Shown piece after piece: positions 8,373 to 17,771 of a stretch of 32,000 nt of DNA. The position numbers and the translations under genes are program-made. The stretch covers positions 120,001-152,000 of the forward strand of contig CAURWT010000001.1 in NCBI GenBank assembly GCA_963528875.1, read 5' to 3'. Source of the DNA: an uncultured Candidatus Saccharimonas sp. (GTDB taxonomy: Bacteria; Patescibacteriota; Saccharimonadia; Saccharimonadales; Saccharimonadaceae). Numbering within the stretch: position 1 is the first letter of the stretch; every line of letters begins with the position of its first letter. Below the pieces are notes generated by a model. The model worked only from the letters and a program-made list of their open reading frames with translations. It was not told where the DNA came from and did no database searches.

Positions 8373-11183
8373 CTAAAGAATATTTTTAAGATATTTTCCC
8401 GTCCAGCTCTTTTCGACTTTTGAAACCTGTTCTGGAGTTCCAGTCGCCACAACAGTTCCACCACCCGCTCCACCTTCTGGGCCCATATCAATTAGCCAGT
8501 CAGCACTTTTAACAATATCTAAATTATGTTCAATTATTACCATTGAATTTCCGGCATCAACCAAACGGTTCAAAATTGAAAGCAATCTTTTTACATCTGC
8601 ATTATGAAGACCAGTCGTTGGCTCGTCCAGAATATACATTGTTTTACCAGTTGAAGCCCGAGCAAGCTCAGTAGCAAGTTTAATTCGTTGCGCCTCACCG
8701 CCTGAAAAAGTTGTTGCAGGTTGCCCAAGTTTAATATAGCCTAGACCAACTTCTTGAATCGTTTTTAATTTTCGATGAATTGCAGGAATATTTTCGAAGA
8801 ATTCTGTTGCTTCATCAATTGTCATATCCAAGACATCTGAAATTGTTTTTCCTTTATAAAGAATCTCCAGCGCCTCGCGATTATATCGCTTTCCATGGCA
8901 AACATCACATTCTACATAAACATCTGGCAAAAAATGCATCTCAATCTTAATCACACCGTCACCTTGACAGTTTTCACATCGGCCACCTTTAACGTTAAAG
9001 CTAAATCGACCAGCTTTATAGCCACGAATATTTGCTTCTGGCGTGCCAGCAAAAAGCTCACGAATCTGCGTAAAGACACCAGTATAAGTTGCGGGATTCG
9101 AACGTGGCGTACGGCCAATCGCACTTTGATCAATCACAATTGCTTTATCTAATTTTTCTAATCCCAAAATTTCATCATGCGCACCAGGAACTTCTTGTGC
9201 ACGGTGCTTTCGTGCTAACAATTCTTTACTTAAAATTTCATTCACCAAGGTTGATTTTCCACTGCCCGAAACTCCAGAAACTACCGTCATTACACCTAGC
9301 GGAATCTCAACGTTAATATTTTTCAGATTATTTTCTCGTGCATTTTTAATCACCAATTTTTCATTTTTCTGAATTTTTCGGCGCTTTTTTGGTGTTTGGA
9401 TTTTATCTTTTCCGCTTAAAAATTGCCCTGTTAAAGATTTAGGATTTTTCGAAACCTCTTCAGGTGTGCCTGAAGCCACAATCATTCCACCATTTACGCC
9501 AGCGCCAGGACCAACATCAACTAACCAATCTGCCGCCCGAATAGTATCTTCATCATGCTCAACAACTAACACGGTATTATTTAAATCACGGAGATTTTTT
9601 AGCGTAGCAATTAGTTTGTCGTTATCTCGCTGATGAAGGCCAATCGAAGGCTCATCTAAAACATAAAGCACACCTTGAAGCCCTGAACCAATCTGCGTCG
9701 CCAAACGAATTCGCTGCGCTTCACCACCGCTCAAAGTATTAGCTGCGCGCGAAAGCTCCAAATAGTTCAGACCAACATTATTCATAAAGCCTAACCTCGA
9801 AGAAATCTCTTTTAGAATTTGAGTTGAAATAAATTTTTGCTGTTCATTTAGCTCTAAATTTTTGAAAAGTTCAACAGCTTCATCAATTGCAAGATCACAA
9901 ATTTCCACGATGTTCAAACCGGCAACCGTCACAGCAAGAACAACAGGTTTCAATCGCTTTCCGCCACAAGTTTGACATTTTCGAACACGCATAAACCGCT
10001 CAATATCTTTACGCTGAAATTCGCTACCCGTATCGCGATGGCGACGCTCCAAATTCGGAATTACGCCTTCAAAATTCATATTATAAACACGGCCGTTCAT
10101 TTCGATCGGATATTTTTCGTCTGTTTTTGTGCCGTATAGAATAATTTCAATCGCTTCTTTCGAAAGCTTCTTGGTTGGGGCTTTTGTTGAAAATCCATGA
10201 CGTTTTGCAACCTCCTCAAGCAATTTAATTCGATAGCCCTTCTCCATCACACGATTATAAGGCCGAATTGCACCTTCAGAAATTGTTAAATTTGGTGAAA
10301 GCACCAATTCTGGATCAATTTCCATTCGTGTTCCAAGACCCGAACAAGTTTCGCAAGCTCCTTGTGGTGCATTGAATGAAAATAATCGTGGTTCAAGTTC
10401 AGGAATATGCTCATCTGGGTGAAGTTCACAAGCATAGCGTTGAGAAAAAATCTTCACCTCGCCAGTTTCATCATTCAAAATCTCTAAAATTCCGCTAGTC
10501 ATTTCAAGCGCTTGTTCAACACTTTGAGCTAAACGTGTTCGCATCTCTTTCGAAAGCACCAAACGGTCAACTACAATTTCGATATTATGCTTAATATTCT
10601 TTTCAAGCCCAGGGAATTCATCCAAAGCGTAAATCACTCCATCAACCCGCGCACGAGCAAAACCTTTTTTCGAAAATTCTTCAGGGATATGCGCAAATTC
10701 ACCTTTTTTAGCTTTTGCAATTGGCGCAAGCAATATCAACCGTGAACCTTCTTCAAGATTCATGATACTATCAACAATACTTTGCGGTGTACGCCGAACA
10801 ACATCTCGACCACAAATTGGACAATGTGGCGTACCGATTCGTGCAAAAAGAAGACGCAAATAATCATAGATTTCAGTTACAGTTGCTACAGTTGAGCGCG
10901 GATTGCGACTGGTAGATTTTTGATCAATTGAAATAGCTGGGCTGAGTCCCGTAATTTGATCTACATCTGGCTTATCCATTGTGCCTAAAAATTGGCGAGC
11001 ATAAGAATTTAAACTTTCCATATAACGGCGCTGGCCTTCCGCATAAATTGTATCAAATGCTAAACTTGACTTTCCACTACCAGAAAGCCCCGTTATCACC
11101 ACTAATTTGTCACGCGGAATTTTTAAATCTACATTTTTTAAATTATGTTCACGCGCACCTTTAATTTCTAAAAAATCAGCCAT
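8373..11183 (-). CDS. uvrA: Excinuclease ABC subunit A
   Basis: 936 aa. Two ABC modules (GLSGSGKSS and GVSGSGKST Walker A; two LSGGEAQR signatures). Zinc-finger CxxC pairs ([25 protein letters not shown]...CDVCHG). Confidence 0.97.
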   Translation of the reverse strand: MADFLEIKGAREHNLKNVDLKIPRDKLVVITGLSGSGKSSLAFDTIYAEGQRRYMESLNSYARQFLGTMDKPDVDQITGLSPAISIDQKSTSRNPRSTVATVTEIYDYLRLLFARIGTPHCPICGRDVVRRTPQSIVDSIMNLEEGSRLILLAPIAKAKKGEFAHIPEEFSKKGFARARVDGVIYALDEFPGLEKNIKHNIEIVVDRLVLSKEMRTRLAQSVEQALEMTSGILEILNDETGEVKIFSQRYACELHPDEHIPELEPRLFSFNAPQGACETCSGLGTRMEIDPELVLSPNLTISEGAIRPYNRVMEKGYRIKLLEEVAKRHGFSTKAPTKKLSKEAIEIILYGTKTDEKYPIEMNGRVYNMNFEGVIPNLERRHRDTGSEFQRKDIERFMRVRKCQTCGGKRLKPVVLAVTVAGLNIVEICDLAIDEAVELFKNLELNEQQKFISTQILKEISSRLGFMNNVGLNYLELSRAANTLSGGEAQRIRLATQIGSGLQGVLYVLDEPSIGLHQRDNDKLIATLKNLRDLNNTVLVVEHDEDTIRAADWLVDVGPGAGVNGGMIVASGTPEEVSKNPKSLTGQFLSGKDKIQTPKKRRKIQKNEKLVIKNARENNLKNINVEIPLGVMTVVSGVSGSGKSTLVNEILSKELLARKHRAQEVPGAHDEILGLEKLDKAIVIDQSAIGRTPRSNPATYTGVFTQIRELFAGTPEANIRGYKAGRFSFNVKGGRCENCQGDGVIKIEMHFLPDVYVECDVCHGKRYNREALEILYKGKTISDVLDMTIDEATEFFENIPAIHRKLKTIQEVGLGYIKLGQPATTFSGGEAQRIKLATELARASTGKTMYILDEPTTGLHNADVKRLLSILNRLVDAGNSMVIIEHNLDIVKSADWLIDMGPEGGAGGGTVVATGTPEQVSKVEKSWTGKYLKNIL

Positions 11184-11208
11184 TTCACCTCTTTCGAAAT
11201 TTATTTAT

Positions 11209-11868
11209 TCATATAGTTTTCGGCGGTATAGCCTTTACAAAGTTAATTTTTAGCCCTTCTGCCGTAAAACGTTTCTCATAAGTTGTCATCACTTTGTAAT
11301 TTTCGTTCAAATTACTTTCATGTAAATCGAAACTAAGACGTTCAATTTTCCAACCTTCTGATACAAGCTGTTCCAAACTCCATTCGAAAAGATTCTTAGC
11401 ATCAGTTTTAAAGTAGAGCGCACCATCTTCAGCCAAAAGCTTAGCATAAATTCGCAAAAAAGTTGGGTGCGTTAAGCGGCGGCCCGAATTACGCTCACGT
11501 GGGTAAGGGTCAGGAAAGGTCACCCAAAGATATTTTACTAAATTTTCACCAAAAGCTTCAAGAAGTTGGTCGGCTCGTGCTCTCAAAAAACGAATATTTT
11601 TAACACCATCTTGCTCAGCTTGAATAGCGCCTTTAACTAGTCGGTCGGCTTTAACATCAACCGCCACAAAATTCTTCATTGGATTTTTTGTTGCCAAAGC
11701 TTCACTAAAAAGCCCTGTTCCTGCACCAATTTCTAAATTATTAACTTCAGCATTTTCTTTTTGCCATTCATTGAATTCAAAACAAATTGCAGAATTATTG
11801 AAAAGCGCAAATTTATAAAGTTTACGCTTGCGAGTAATAATAAAATCTTTCGGATTTAAAAAAGCCAT
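11209..11868 (-). CDS. trmB: tRNA (guanine-N7)-methyltransferase
   Basis: 219 aa. SAM motif [10 protein letters not shown] and [15 protein letters not shown] block typical of TrmB. SD AAAGGAG. Ends in TGA immediately upstream of the uvrA SD. Confidence 0.88.
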   Translation of the reverse strand: MAFLNPKDFIITRKRKLYKFALFNNSAICFEFNEWQKENAEVNNLEIGAGTGLFSEALATKNPMKNFVAVDVKADRLVKGAIQAEQDGVKNIRFLRARADQLLEAFGENLVKYLWVTFPDPYPRERNSGRRLTHPTFLRIYAKLLAEDGALYFKTDAKNLFEWSLEQLVSEGWKIERLSFDLHESNLNENYKVMTTYEKRFTAEGLKINFVKAIPPKTI

Positions 11869-11877
11869 TCTTCTCCT

Positions 11878-12291
11878 TTATTGGTCTGTTATTCTTAAAG
11901 TTTCATCACTTAAGGAGCTTTCGCTAAACTCATCTGTATGAATTTTCTTTCTTGCTTGTGAATAAAGCCTTTCGAAATCCGCCATGTCTTTATTCGAAAG
12001 ACCACCTTGCGGTAAAAACTCCTCATCTTTTTCATTTTTTTTGCGTTCTTCTTCCTCTTTTTTTGCCTTTTTCTGAGCCTCACGCGCCTCTTGCAAAACT
12101 GGCCTACTTAAATCAAGCTGAATAGTTCCATCCGAAGTGTAAAGAATTAAGCTCGCAATCACCAAAACCAATGCAATTCCTAAGCTTCCCGCAAGAAAAA
12201 TTAGCAAATTTCGAGAACCATTAATTTCTTTTTGTAATTCCAACGGCCGATTTTTAATTTTTGCTTTAATTTTATTCAAATAATTATTCAT
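11878..12291 (-). CDS. Hypothetical single-pass membrane protein with a Lys/Glu-rich segment
   Basis: 137 aa. One TM (LLIFLAGSLGIALVLVIASLILY). SD AGGAG. Its ATG overlaps the stop of the upstream gene by 8 nt. No recognisable family. Confidence 0.6.
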   Translation of the reverse strand: MNNYLNKIKAKIKNRPLELQKEINGSRNLLIFLAGSLGIALVLVIASLILYTSDGTIQLDLSRPVLQEAREAQKKAKKEEEERKKNEKDEEFLPQGGLSNKDMADFERLYSQARKKIHTDEFSESSLSDETLRITDQ

Positions 12292-12874
12292 TCAAAACTC
12301 CTGATGTATTTTTTACAACAAAATCATGAATCTGAACACCATATTTTTCAGCAATTTCATTCAATTTTTTAGTGTTGTAATTTACTTCTCGGCGAGCACG
12401 ACGTATTTTTTCAAGTTTTAAATAAAATTCACGCGGATTTTTAGTACAATCTTGCGAAACTAATTCCGAAAGCTCCCGTTCATAAATCTGAAAATTCTCT
12501 TTAAAATACTTAAAATTCTCTTCAAATTCAGAAACAGTCAAGATTAATTCAGCACCATTTTTCTTGTTTAGAGCAATTCTTGCATTAAAATTCGACATCA
12601 ATCCATTCGAAATCTTCTCATAGCTTTTACCCAGATTAACCCTTTTTAGAGCGTCTTCAGAGCGAATTTTTTTCAAATTGTTTTTTAAATCGTTGCATTT
12701 TTTACTGATTTTCGAAATCTGAATTTCAGTTGGCTTTTCTTTTGCCATTTCTTCGGCAAAAACAATTTTCGAAAATTGAAGCAGAACCAAAAATCCACCA
12801 ATTATAAGAATCACTAGAAAACCAAATTTTTTTTGAAAATTTGCCAATTTATTCTTCATCTTCAGAGAGCTCAA
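12284..12874 (-). CDS. Hypothetical N-terminally anchored helical protein
   Basis: 196 aa. N-terminal TM/signal anchor FGFLVILIIGGFLVLLQF, the rest predicted helical. TTG start at 12874 has AAAGGAG 7 nt upstream. Overlaps the 3' end of aspS by 26 nt. Confidence 0.6.
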   Translation of the reverse strand: MSSLKMKNKLANFQKKFGFLVILIIGGFLVLLQFSKIVFAEEMAKEKPTEIQISKISKKCNDLKNNLKKIRSEDALKRVNLGKSYEKISNGLMSNFNARIALNKKNGAELILTVSEFEENFKYFKENFQIYERELSELVSQDCTKNPREFYLKLEKIRRARREVNYNTKKLNEIAEKYGVQIHDFVVKNTSGVLNE

Positions 12875-14615
12875 TTTTTAACTCCTTTAGCTGACCTTCG
12901 TCCACAAAGCTTGGCGAACTCATCATTACATCCACTCCCGAACCATTCTTTGGAAATGCCACTACCTCACGAATATTATCTTCGTTCATTAAAATCATAA
13001 AAATTCGATCCAAGCCAAATGCACAACCAGCATGCGGAGGCGCACCAAATTTAAATGCATTTAGCATCGCACCAAATTTCGCTTCAACATATTTTTTATC
13101 ATAACCAAGCAAGCCAAAAGCTTCATACATTACCTCTGGGTTATGGTTTCGAACAGCGCCTGAGCAGATTTCATAACCATTCATCACCATATCATATTGG
13201 TCAGCTTTAATCGCCAATTTTTCAGCATCAGTTTCAGCATTTCGAAGAGCTTCAACGCCACCTTTTGGCATAGAAAATGGATTATGGCCAAAATCAACTT
13301 TTTTGTTTTTCTCATCAAATTCATAAAATGGAAAATCTACAACCCAAGCGAGAGCCACTTTATTTTCATCTTTAAGATTAAAGAAATCAGCAAATTCATT
13401 TCGAAGACGACCAAGAACCTTATTTACGACTTCACGTTTATCTGCGCCAAAGAAAATTGCGTCGCCATCTTCAGCACTGGTTTCTTCTTTAATTTTCAAA
13501 AGTTCATTTTCGTTCAAGAATTTAACAATTGGGCTTTTTGCTTCACCTTCAGCATATGTAATATACGCCAAACCGCCAGCGCCCTCGCTTTTAGCAATTT
13601 CAGTGAAGTTATCAATTTGTTTACGGCTCAAACTTGCGCCATTTTTGACACAAATCGCTTTCACGCATTCAGCATTTTTAAACACACCAAATTCAGTTTC
13701 AGCCAAAACATCATTTAAATCAACTAGTTCCATTCCGAAACGCAAGTCAGGCTTATCGCTACCGTATTTTTCCATAGCAACTTCATAAGGAATCCGCGGA
13801 ATTTCTTCGCTCAAAAGCTCTTTTTTAGCAAAATTCTTCACTAGATCTTTAATGAGAACTTCCATTTCTGAGCGAATCTCTTCACCATTTTCAACAAAAG
13901 CCTTTTCAAGGTCAAGCTGATAAAAATCACCATAAAGCCTATCCGCCCGCGGATCTTCATCACGGAAACAAGTAGCAATTTGATAGTATTTGTCAATCCC
14001 ACCAACCATTAAAAGCTGTTTAAACTGTTGTGGAGCTTGCGGCAATGCGTAAAATTTTCCAGGGTGAACACGGCTCGGAATTAAGAAATCACGCGCACCT
14101 TCTGGGCTAGAATTTGCAAGAATCGGCGTAGCGACTTCAATAAATTCGTGATTTTCCATAAATTTTCGAATTTCACGATAAAATTCAGCACGGCGACGCA
14201 ACATTTTTTGCATTTTTTCACGGCGTAAGTCCAAAAAACGATATTTTAATCGTAATTCTTCATTTGATTTTTGACCATTATCTGAAACTGCAATTGGTAA
14301 AGGTTCACTCCGGTTTAAAATTTCAAGATTTTCAACAATAAGCTCAACTTCACCGGTTGAGATATTTGGATTTTTTAAATTTTCAGCACGCTCTTTTATT
14401 ACACCAGTTGCCGAAATCACAAATTCATCACGGCATTTTTCAGCTAATTCAAAACTTTCTGCAAAATCTGGCGAAATCACAAGTTGGAGCAATCCAGAAT
14501 GATCACGTAAATCAATAAAAATCAACCCACCGTGGTCTCGTCGAGAATTCACCCAGCCTTTTACAGTAATTTTTTCACCAATTTTATCAATCGAATTTTT
14601 CGCTAATATCCGCAT
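12849..14615 (-). CDS. aspS: Aspartate--tRNA ligase (bacterial type with insertion domain)
   Basis: Class II motifs FRDEDPRADR and GCAFGLDRIFMIL; OB-fold N-terminus ITVKGWVNSRRDHGGLIFIDLRD. I prefer ATG 14615 (MRILAKNS...) with AGGAGA upstream. The track start at 14657 overlaps a TGGTAAAAT promoter element. Confidence 0.93.
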   Translation of the reverse strand: MRILAKNSIDKIGEKITVKGWVNSRRDHGGLIFIDLRDHSGLLQLVISPDFAESFELAEKCRDEFVISATGVIKERAENLKNPNISTGEVELIVENLEILNRSEPLPIAVSDNGQKSNEELRLKYRFLDLRREKMQKMLRRRAEFYREIRKFMENHEFIEVATPILANSSPEGARDFLIPSRVHPGKFYALPQAPQQFKQLLMVGGIDKYYQIATCFRDEDPRADRLYGDFYQLDLEKAFVENGEEIRSEMEVLIKDLVKNFAKKELLSEEIPRIPYEVAMEKYGSDKPDLRFGMELVDLNDVLAETEFGVFKNAECVKAICVKNGASLSRKQIDNFTEIAKSEGAGGLAYITYAEGEAKSPIVKFLNENELLKIKEETSAEDGDAIFFGADKREVVNKVLGRLRNEFADFFNLKDENKVALAWVVDFPFYEFDEKNKKVDFGHNPFSMPKGGVEALRNAETDAEKLAIKADQYDMVMNGYEICSGAVRNHNPEVMYEAFGLLGYDKKYVEAKFGAMLNAFKFGAPPHAGCAFGLDRIFMILMNEDNIREVVAFPKNGSGVDVMMSSPSFVDEGQLKELKIELSEDEE

Positions 14616-14647
14616 ATTTCTCCTAATTCTTGAATTTAACTCTTTAT

Positions 14648-14677
14648 ATTTTACCACATTTTCCTATTTTTTGCGAA
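14648..14677 (-). promoter_or_regulatory. Putative aspS promoter
   Basis: Minus strand TTCGCA (14672-14677), 18-nt spacer, extended -10 TGGTAAAAT (14648-14656). Confidence 0.4.
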
Positions 14678-15563
14678 TAAAATCTACCAAATTAACGATT
14701 CCAGACAAATCACCATTTCTTTCAAGCAAAATTGCATAGTTTTCACCTTTTGAAAGTATTTTTTCTAAAGCCGCTAAGGCACTTAAATTAGGTTTTATCG
14801 ATAGAAATTCTTCATGCATTACTTTTTGAGCTTTTTTTGAATCACTTGAATCAATTTTAGTAATATCTTCCAGAAAAATTACACCCTTAACTTTATTTTC
14901 TTCCTCGTTCATAACTGGAAAAATCTTTTGTTTAGTTTTAAAAAGTTCATCAATCAATAGTGGTGTTAACAAATCATTATCGTGGATTATCGCCATTTTT
15001 TCACCAGAAACCCCAATTTCTAAAATTGTTTTTTCTTCAAGTTCGAAAACTTTTTCAATCCATTTTTGTTCATTTTCAGTTAAAATTCGCTTATGATTAG
15101 CCAAAAAATTTAAAAGTTCTTCTTTTGAATAAAACGACCACGGTTGTTTTTTATTCGCCATCTTCGAAAGCCTATTTTGTGTTTTTATATTTTGAGCAAA
15201 ATAAATTCCATTTGTAATTGGGATAATTTTACGATTAATCTGGCTTGAAATTCGATTCAAAATACCACTTTTTAAAATTCCCTTCGAAATTAGAAAAACA
15301 ACAAAACAAATAACTATCGACTTCCAAAAATCAAAAACTTTCGAAAGTGAAATTACCGAGACAATCATGATTGCACAGCCAAAATATTGCAAAAAATAAT
15401 TATAAACTGGCGCGAATTTCTTTTTGTTGAGCATTTTTTCAGCTCGTTTGTCGCCGGAGTTAATTCTGCGTTGGAGCTCAAATTCAGAAAATTCAATCTC
15501 CTTTTCTTTCAAAGAAAAAATAATAAGCATTAAAATTAAGCAAATTATACTTATAACTAACAT
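14664..15563 (-). CDS. CNNM/DUF21-type membrane protein with a CBS-domain pair (TlyC/CorC-like, lacking the C-terminal CorC_HlyC domain)
   Basis: 299 aa. The N-terminal hydrophobic region, followed by SKEELLNFLANHKRILTENEQKWIEKVFELEEKTILEI...IFPVMNEEENKVKGVIFLEDI...YAILLERNGDLSGIVNLVDFI, parallels the DUF21-CBS-CBS layout. Confidence 0.7.
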   Translation of the reverse strand: MLVISIICLILMLIIFSLKEKEIEFSEFELQRRINSGDKRAEKMLNKKKFAPVYNYFLQYFGCAIMIVSVISLSKVFDFWKSIVICFVVFLISKGILKSGILNRISSQINRKIIPITNGIYFAQNIKTQNRLSKMANKKQPWSFYSKEELLNFLANHKRILTENEQKWIEKVFELEEKTILEIGVSGEKMAIIHDNDLLTPLLIDELFKTKQKIFPVMNEEENKVKGVIFLEDITKIDSSDSKKAQKVMHEEFLSIKPNLSALAALEKILSKGENYAILLERNGDLSGIVNLVDFIRKK

Positions 15564-15569
15564 ATTTTT

Positions 15570-15578
15570 ATTTTATCA
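15570..15578 (-). promoter_or_regulatory. Extended -10 element TGATAAAAT 6 nt upstream of ATG 15563 (candidate leaderless start)
   Basis: Minus strand TGATAAAAT AAAAAT ATG. No SD in between. Confidence 0.45.
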
Positions 15579-15590
15579 CACTTATGTATT

Positions 15591-15618
15591 TTGAAAAAGC
15601 TTATTTTTATGTTAAAAT
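15591..15618 (+). promoter_or_regulatory. Promoter of the DsbA-like gene
   Basis: TTGAAA (15591-15596), 16-nt spacer ending in TGT, TAAAAT (15613-15618). AAAGGAGG SD precedes ATG 15646. Confidence 0.6.
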
Positions 15619-15645
15619 AGTAATAGTTAGTGAAAAAGGAGGAAA

Positions 15646-16377
15646 ATGTCTACTAATAAAAATAAGGCAAAAAATCTTCAAAAAATAAAAGATTTTATAG
15701 CCGATAATAAATTTGCAATAATTTTTACAGTTTTGGTTGTTCTTTTTTTGAGTGGAATGATCTGGCTATCAAACCTTCAAAAAATTGATTTGAGTAATAT
15801 TGATATTTCGAAAGAGATTTCTTCAAGTAAAAATTCAGGCGATATTTCTGAACATGTTTATCATAAAAACAACTCGAAAGTAACTTTGGTTGAATATGGT
15901 GATTTTCAATGCCCAGGATGTAAAACTGCAGCCAGTCGCGTTAAATCAATCGCGGAAGAATATAAAGATAAGGTTAATGTGATATTTCGAAACTTCCCAT
16001 TAGTCACAATTCACCCAAATGCACTTGCTGCAGCGAGCGTTGCTGAAGCAGCAGGCTTGCAAGGAAAATATTGGGAAATGCACAGTTTGCTTTACGACAA
16101 GCAAGATGAATGGACGGCTTCAACCGCTAGCGAGCGAATGGATTATTTTATAGAATACGCTAAAGAATTAAATCTAAATATTGACCAATTCAAAAAAGAT
16201 ATTGAGAGTGATAAAGTAAAGGCGAAAATTAAATTTGACCAAGCTGTTGGTTCGAAAGCAAAAGTAACTGGAACGCCTTCATTCAAGCTCAACGGCAAAG
16301 ATTTGTCTTCTGATATTTGGGGTGATGATGCAAAATTAAAATCAGCCTTAGATGAAGCAATTAAGAATCAGAAATAA
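15646..16377 (+). CDS. Membrane-anchored DsbA/BdbD-like thiol:disulfide oxidoreductase
   Basis: 243 aa. N-terminal TM (FAIIFTVLVVLFLSGMIWL), thioredoxin-fold active site FQCPGCK, and a late TGTPSF (cis-Pro region). Confidence 0.85.
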   Translation: MSTNKNKAKNLQKIKDFIADNKFAIIFTVLVVLFLSGMIWLSNLQKIDLSNIDISKEISSSKNSGDISEHVYHKNNSKVTLVEYGDFQCPGCKTAASRVKSIAEEYKDKVNVIFRNFPLVTIHPNALAAASVAEAAGLQGKYWEMHSLLYDKQDEWTASTASERMDYFIEYAKELNLNIDQFKKDIESDKVKAKIKFDQAVGSKAKVTGTPSFKLNGKDLSSDIWGDDAKLKSALDEAIKNQK

Positions 16378-16386
16378 TCCCATAAT

Positions 16387-16422
16387 AAAATCTCACTCAG
16401 TAAAGAGTGAGATTTTCTTTTT
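16387..16422. terminator. Bidirectional intrinsic terminator between the DsbA-like gene and the small minus-strand ORF
   Basis: AAAATCTCACTC-AGTAAA-GAGTGAGATTTT: 12-bp perfect stem, 6-nt loop. T-runs on both strands. Confidence 0.85.
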
Positions 16423-16430
16423 GTCACTTT

Positions 16431-16523
16431 TTATTGTTCAATGTAGCGTTGCCATTCAGCAGGCACCACATCCACCGCAATTATTTTCTTCCTTGAAGGA
16501 GGAAAATTGATTTTGATAGGCAT
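16431..16523 (-). CDS. Small ORF, 30 aa (MPIKINFPPSRKKIIAVDVVPAEWQRYIEQ), unknown function
   Basis: Not in the ORF track (too short). AAAGGAG lies 5 nt upstream of ATG 16523. It has its own near-consensus promoter and is followed by the bidirectional terminator. An overlapping 26-aa Cys-rich ORF (16456-16542) is an alternative reading. Confidence 0.4.
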   Translation of the reverse strand: MPIKINFPPSRKKIIAVDVVPAEWQRYIEQ

Positions 16524-16611
16524 GTGTTCTCCTTTTATTCATGCAACTCACGCGCTCGACCGATTTCTTTATTTAATAAATTTTACACGTTTTTGCGCGA
16601 GCCTATCAACT

Positions 16612-16640
16612 ATTCTATCAAAAAAAATAACAAATGTCAA
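16612..16640 (-). promoter_or_regulatory. Near-consensus sigma-70 promoter driving the small-ORF unit
   Basis: Minus strand TTGACA (16635-16640), exactly 17-nt spacer, TAGAAT (16612-16617). Predicted leader of about 85-90 nt before ATG 16523. Confidence 0.7.
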
Positions 16641-16741
16641 GAAAACACGCTATTTTTATGGTTCCTCCCAAAAATAACCTTAGCGCTTATACTTATATAA
16701 TACATCATTTTATACACAAGCGCAATACTTTTTTATTATTT

Positions 16742-17329
16742 TTATGGTTTTTGAAAAATCGCCAAAGTTGCTTCAACTTCTTTTGAAATATTGTGTTTTT
16801 TACACCATTCGTTAACCGCCTTTGAAGCTCCTGGTAGGGCTTGATTTCCATAGTCATCTACAACAACGATTGCACCACTTTCAAGATTATCCCATATTAA
16901 ATTAAGCGGATCTAAAATTGAATCATAATAATCTCCATCCAAAAAAGCAAAGCTAATTTTTTCAGGAATTTGTGTTTTCGAAAGTGTATTAAACCAACCT
17001 TTTGTAATTTTTGGCATTTTTTTAATATTTGATTTACGCAAATTTGAAATTAATTGCTTTTTGCTAGCACACAACTCACCTTTTTTAAAAACTTCACCCA
17101 AAGAATTAATATCTTTCGAAGATTTTTCTGGTAAGCCTTCGAACGAATCGTAAAGCCAAAGTGTTTTAGAACTTCCCCATTTTTCAAGAGTTTTTGCTAA
17201 AAACACACTAGTTGTACCAACATAACAGCCGAACTCTACAACATCTCCAAAAAATGCGCGAGTCTTTTCCAACTCGCGCAAAATTACTTTAATCTCGCGT
17301 TCATCAACTTGATCACTCAATAACTTCAT
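16742..17329 (-). CDS. Class I SAM-dependent methyltransferase, TylF/MycF (macrocin O-methyltransferase)-like
   Basis: 195 aa. EFGCYVGTTSVFLA (SAM-binding loop), LYDSFEGLPE and FLDGDYYDS...VVVDDY blocks typical of the TylF family. Confidence 0.8.
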   Translation of the reverse strand: MKLLSDQVDEREIKVILRELEKTRAFFGDVVEFGCYVGTTSVFLAKTLEKWGSSKTLWLYDSFEGLPEKSSKDINSLGEVFKKGELCASKKQLISNLRKSNIKKMPKITKGWFNTLSKTQIPEKISFAFLDGDYYDSILDPLNLIWDNLESGAIVVVDDYGNQALPGASKAVNEWCKKHNISKEVEATLAIFQKP

Positions 17330-17335
17330 AGTTAA

Positions 17336-17341
17336 ATTATA
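17336..17341 (-). promoter_or_regulatory. TATAAT hexamer abutting the upstream stop codon, 6 nt upstream of ATG 17329
   Basis: Minus strand TAG TATAAT TTAACT ATG. No SD. Confidence 0.35.
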
Positions 17342-17770
17342 CTACGAACGCTTGATTGTGCCAACAATATCATAAGTTTCATCTTCACTAGCAGGAATAA
17401 ATTCACCAGAAATCTCGACTCCGCTTGAATTAGCTTCTCCGTAAAGATTTAAATTACTTCCACCAGAAACAGCATATTTTTGGCCTTTAGAATCAACAAC
17501 TCCAACTTTACATTTGCTTGGATTTGAATTATCAGTTTTACCTTTTTTTAATGAAAGACAAACTACATTTCCTGAAATTGTTATATTTTTCGAAGACTGA
17601 TTCTGATTTTTATTATTCGAAATATTTCGGTGGGCAACTGGCAGTGTAAAATCTAGAAGCTTTACAACAAAACCTACCGCAAAAACTATAGCTACCAGTA
17701 CAGTAATCACCAAAATTGAGGTTAATTTTTGATGAAAAGATTCCTTTTGATATTTCGAAATCTGTTTCAT
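17342..17770 (-). CDS. Hypothetical single-pass membrane protein with a small extracytoplasmic beta-rich domain
   Basis: 142 aa. TM ILVITVLVAIVFAVGFVV, an Asn/Gln/Ser-rich linker, two Cys. Start is 1 nt after the transporter stop. Confidence 0.6.
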   Translation of the reverse strand: MKQISKYQKESFHQKLTSILVITVLVAIVFAVGFVVKLLDFTLPVAHRNISNNKNQNQSSKNITISGNVVCLSLKKGKTDNSNPSKCKVGVVDSKGQKYAVSGGSNLNLYGEANSSGVEISGEFIPASEDETYDIVGTIKRS

Positions 17771-17771
17771 T

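Noticed and set aside
11206-11211. Possible UGA recoding (code 4 or 25), as seen in some ultrasmall bacteria
   Set aside because: trmB ends at TGA (11209-11211), directly followed by the uvrA SD and ATG. All long ORFs are intact under the standard code, and Trp positions are TGG.
16690-16735. GCGCTT...AAGCGC inverted repeat just after the methyltransferase stop, considered as a terminator
   Set aside because: The stem is only 6 bp, the loop is about 31 nt, and no U-run follows. That is too weak to call.
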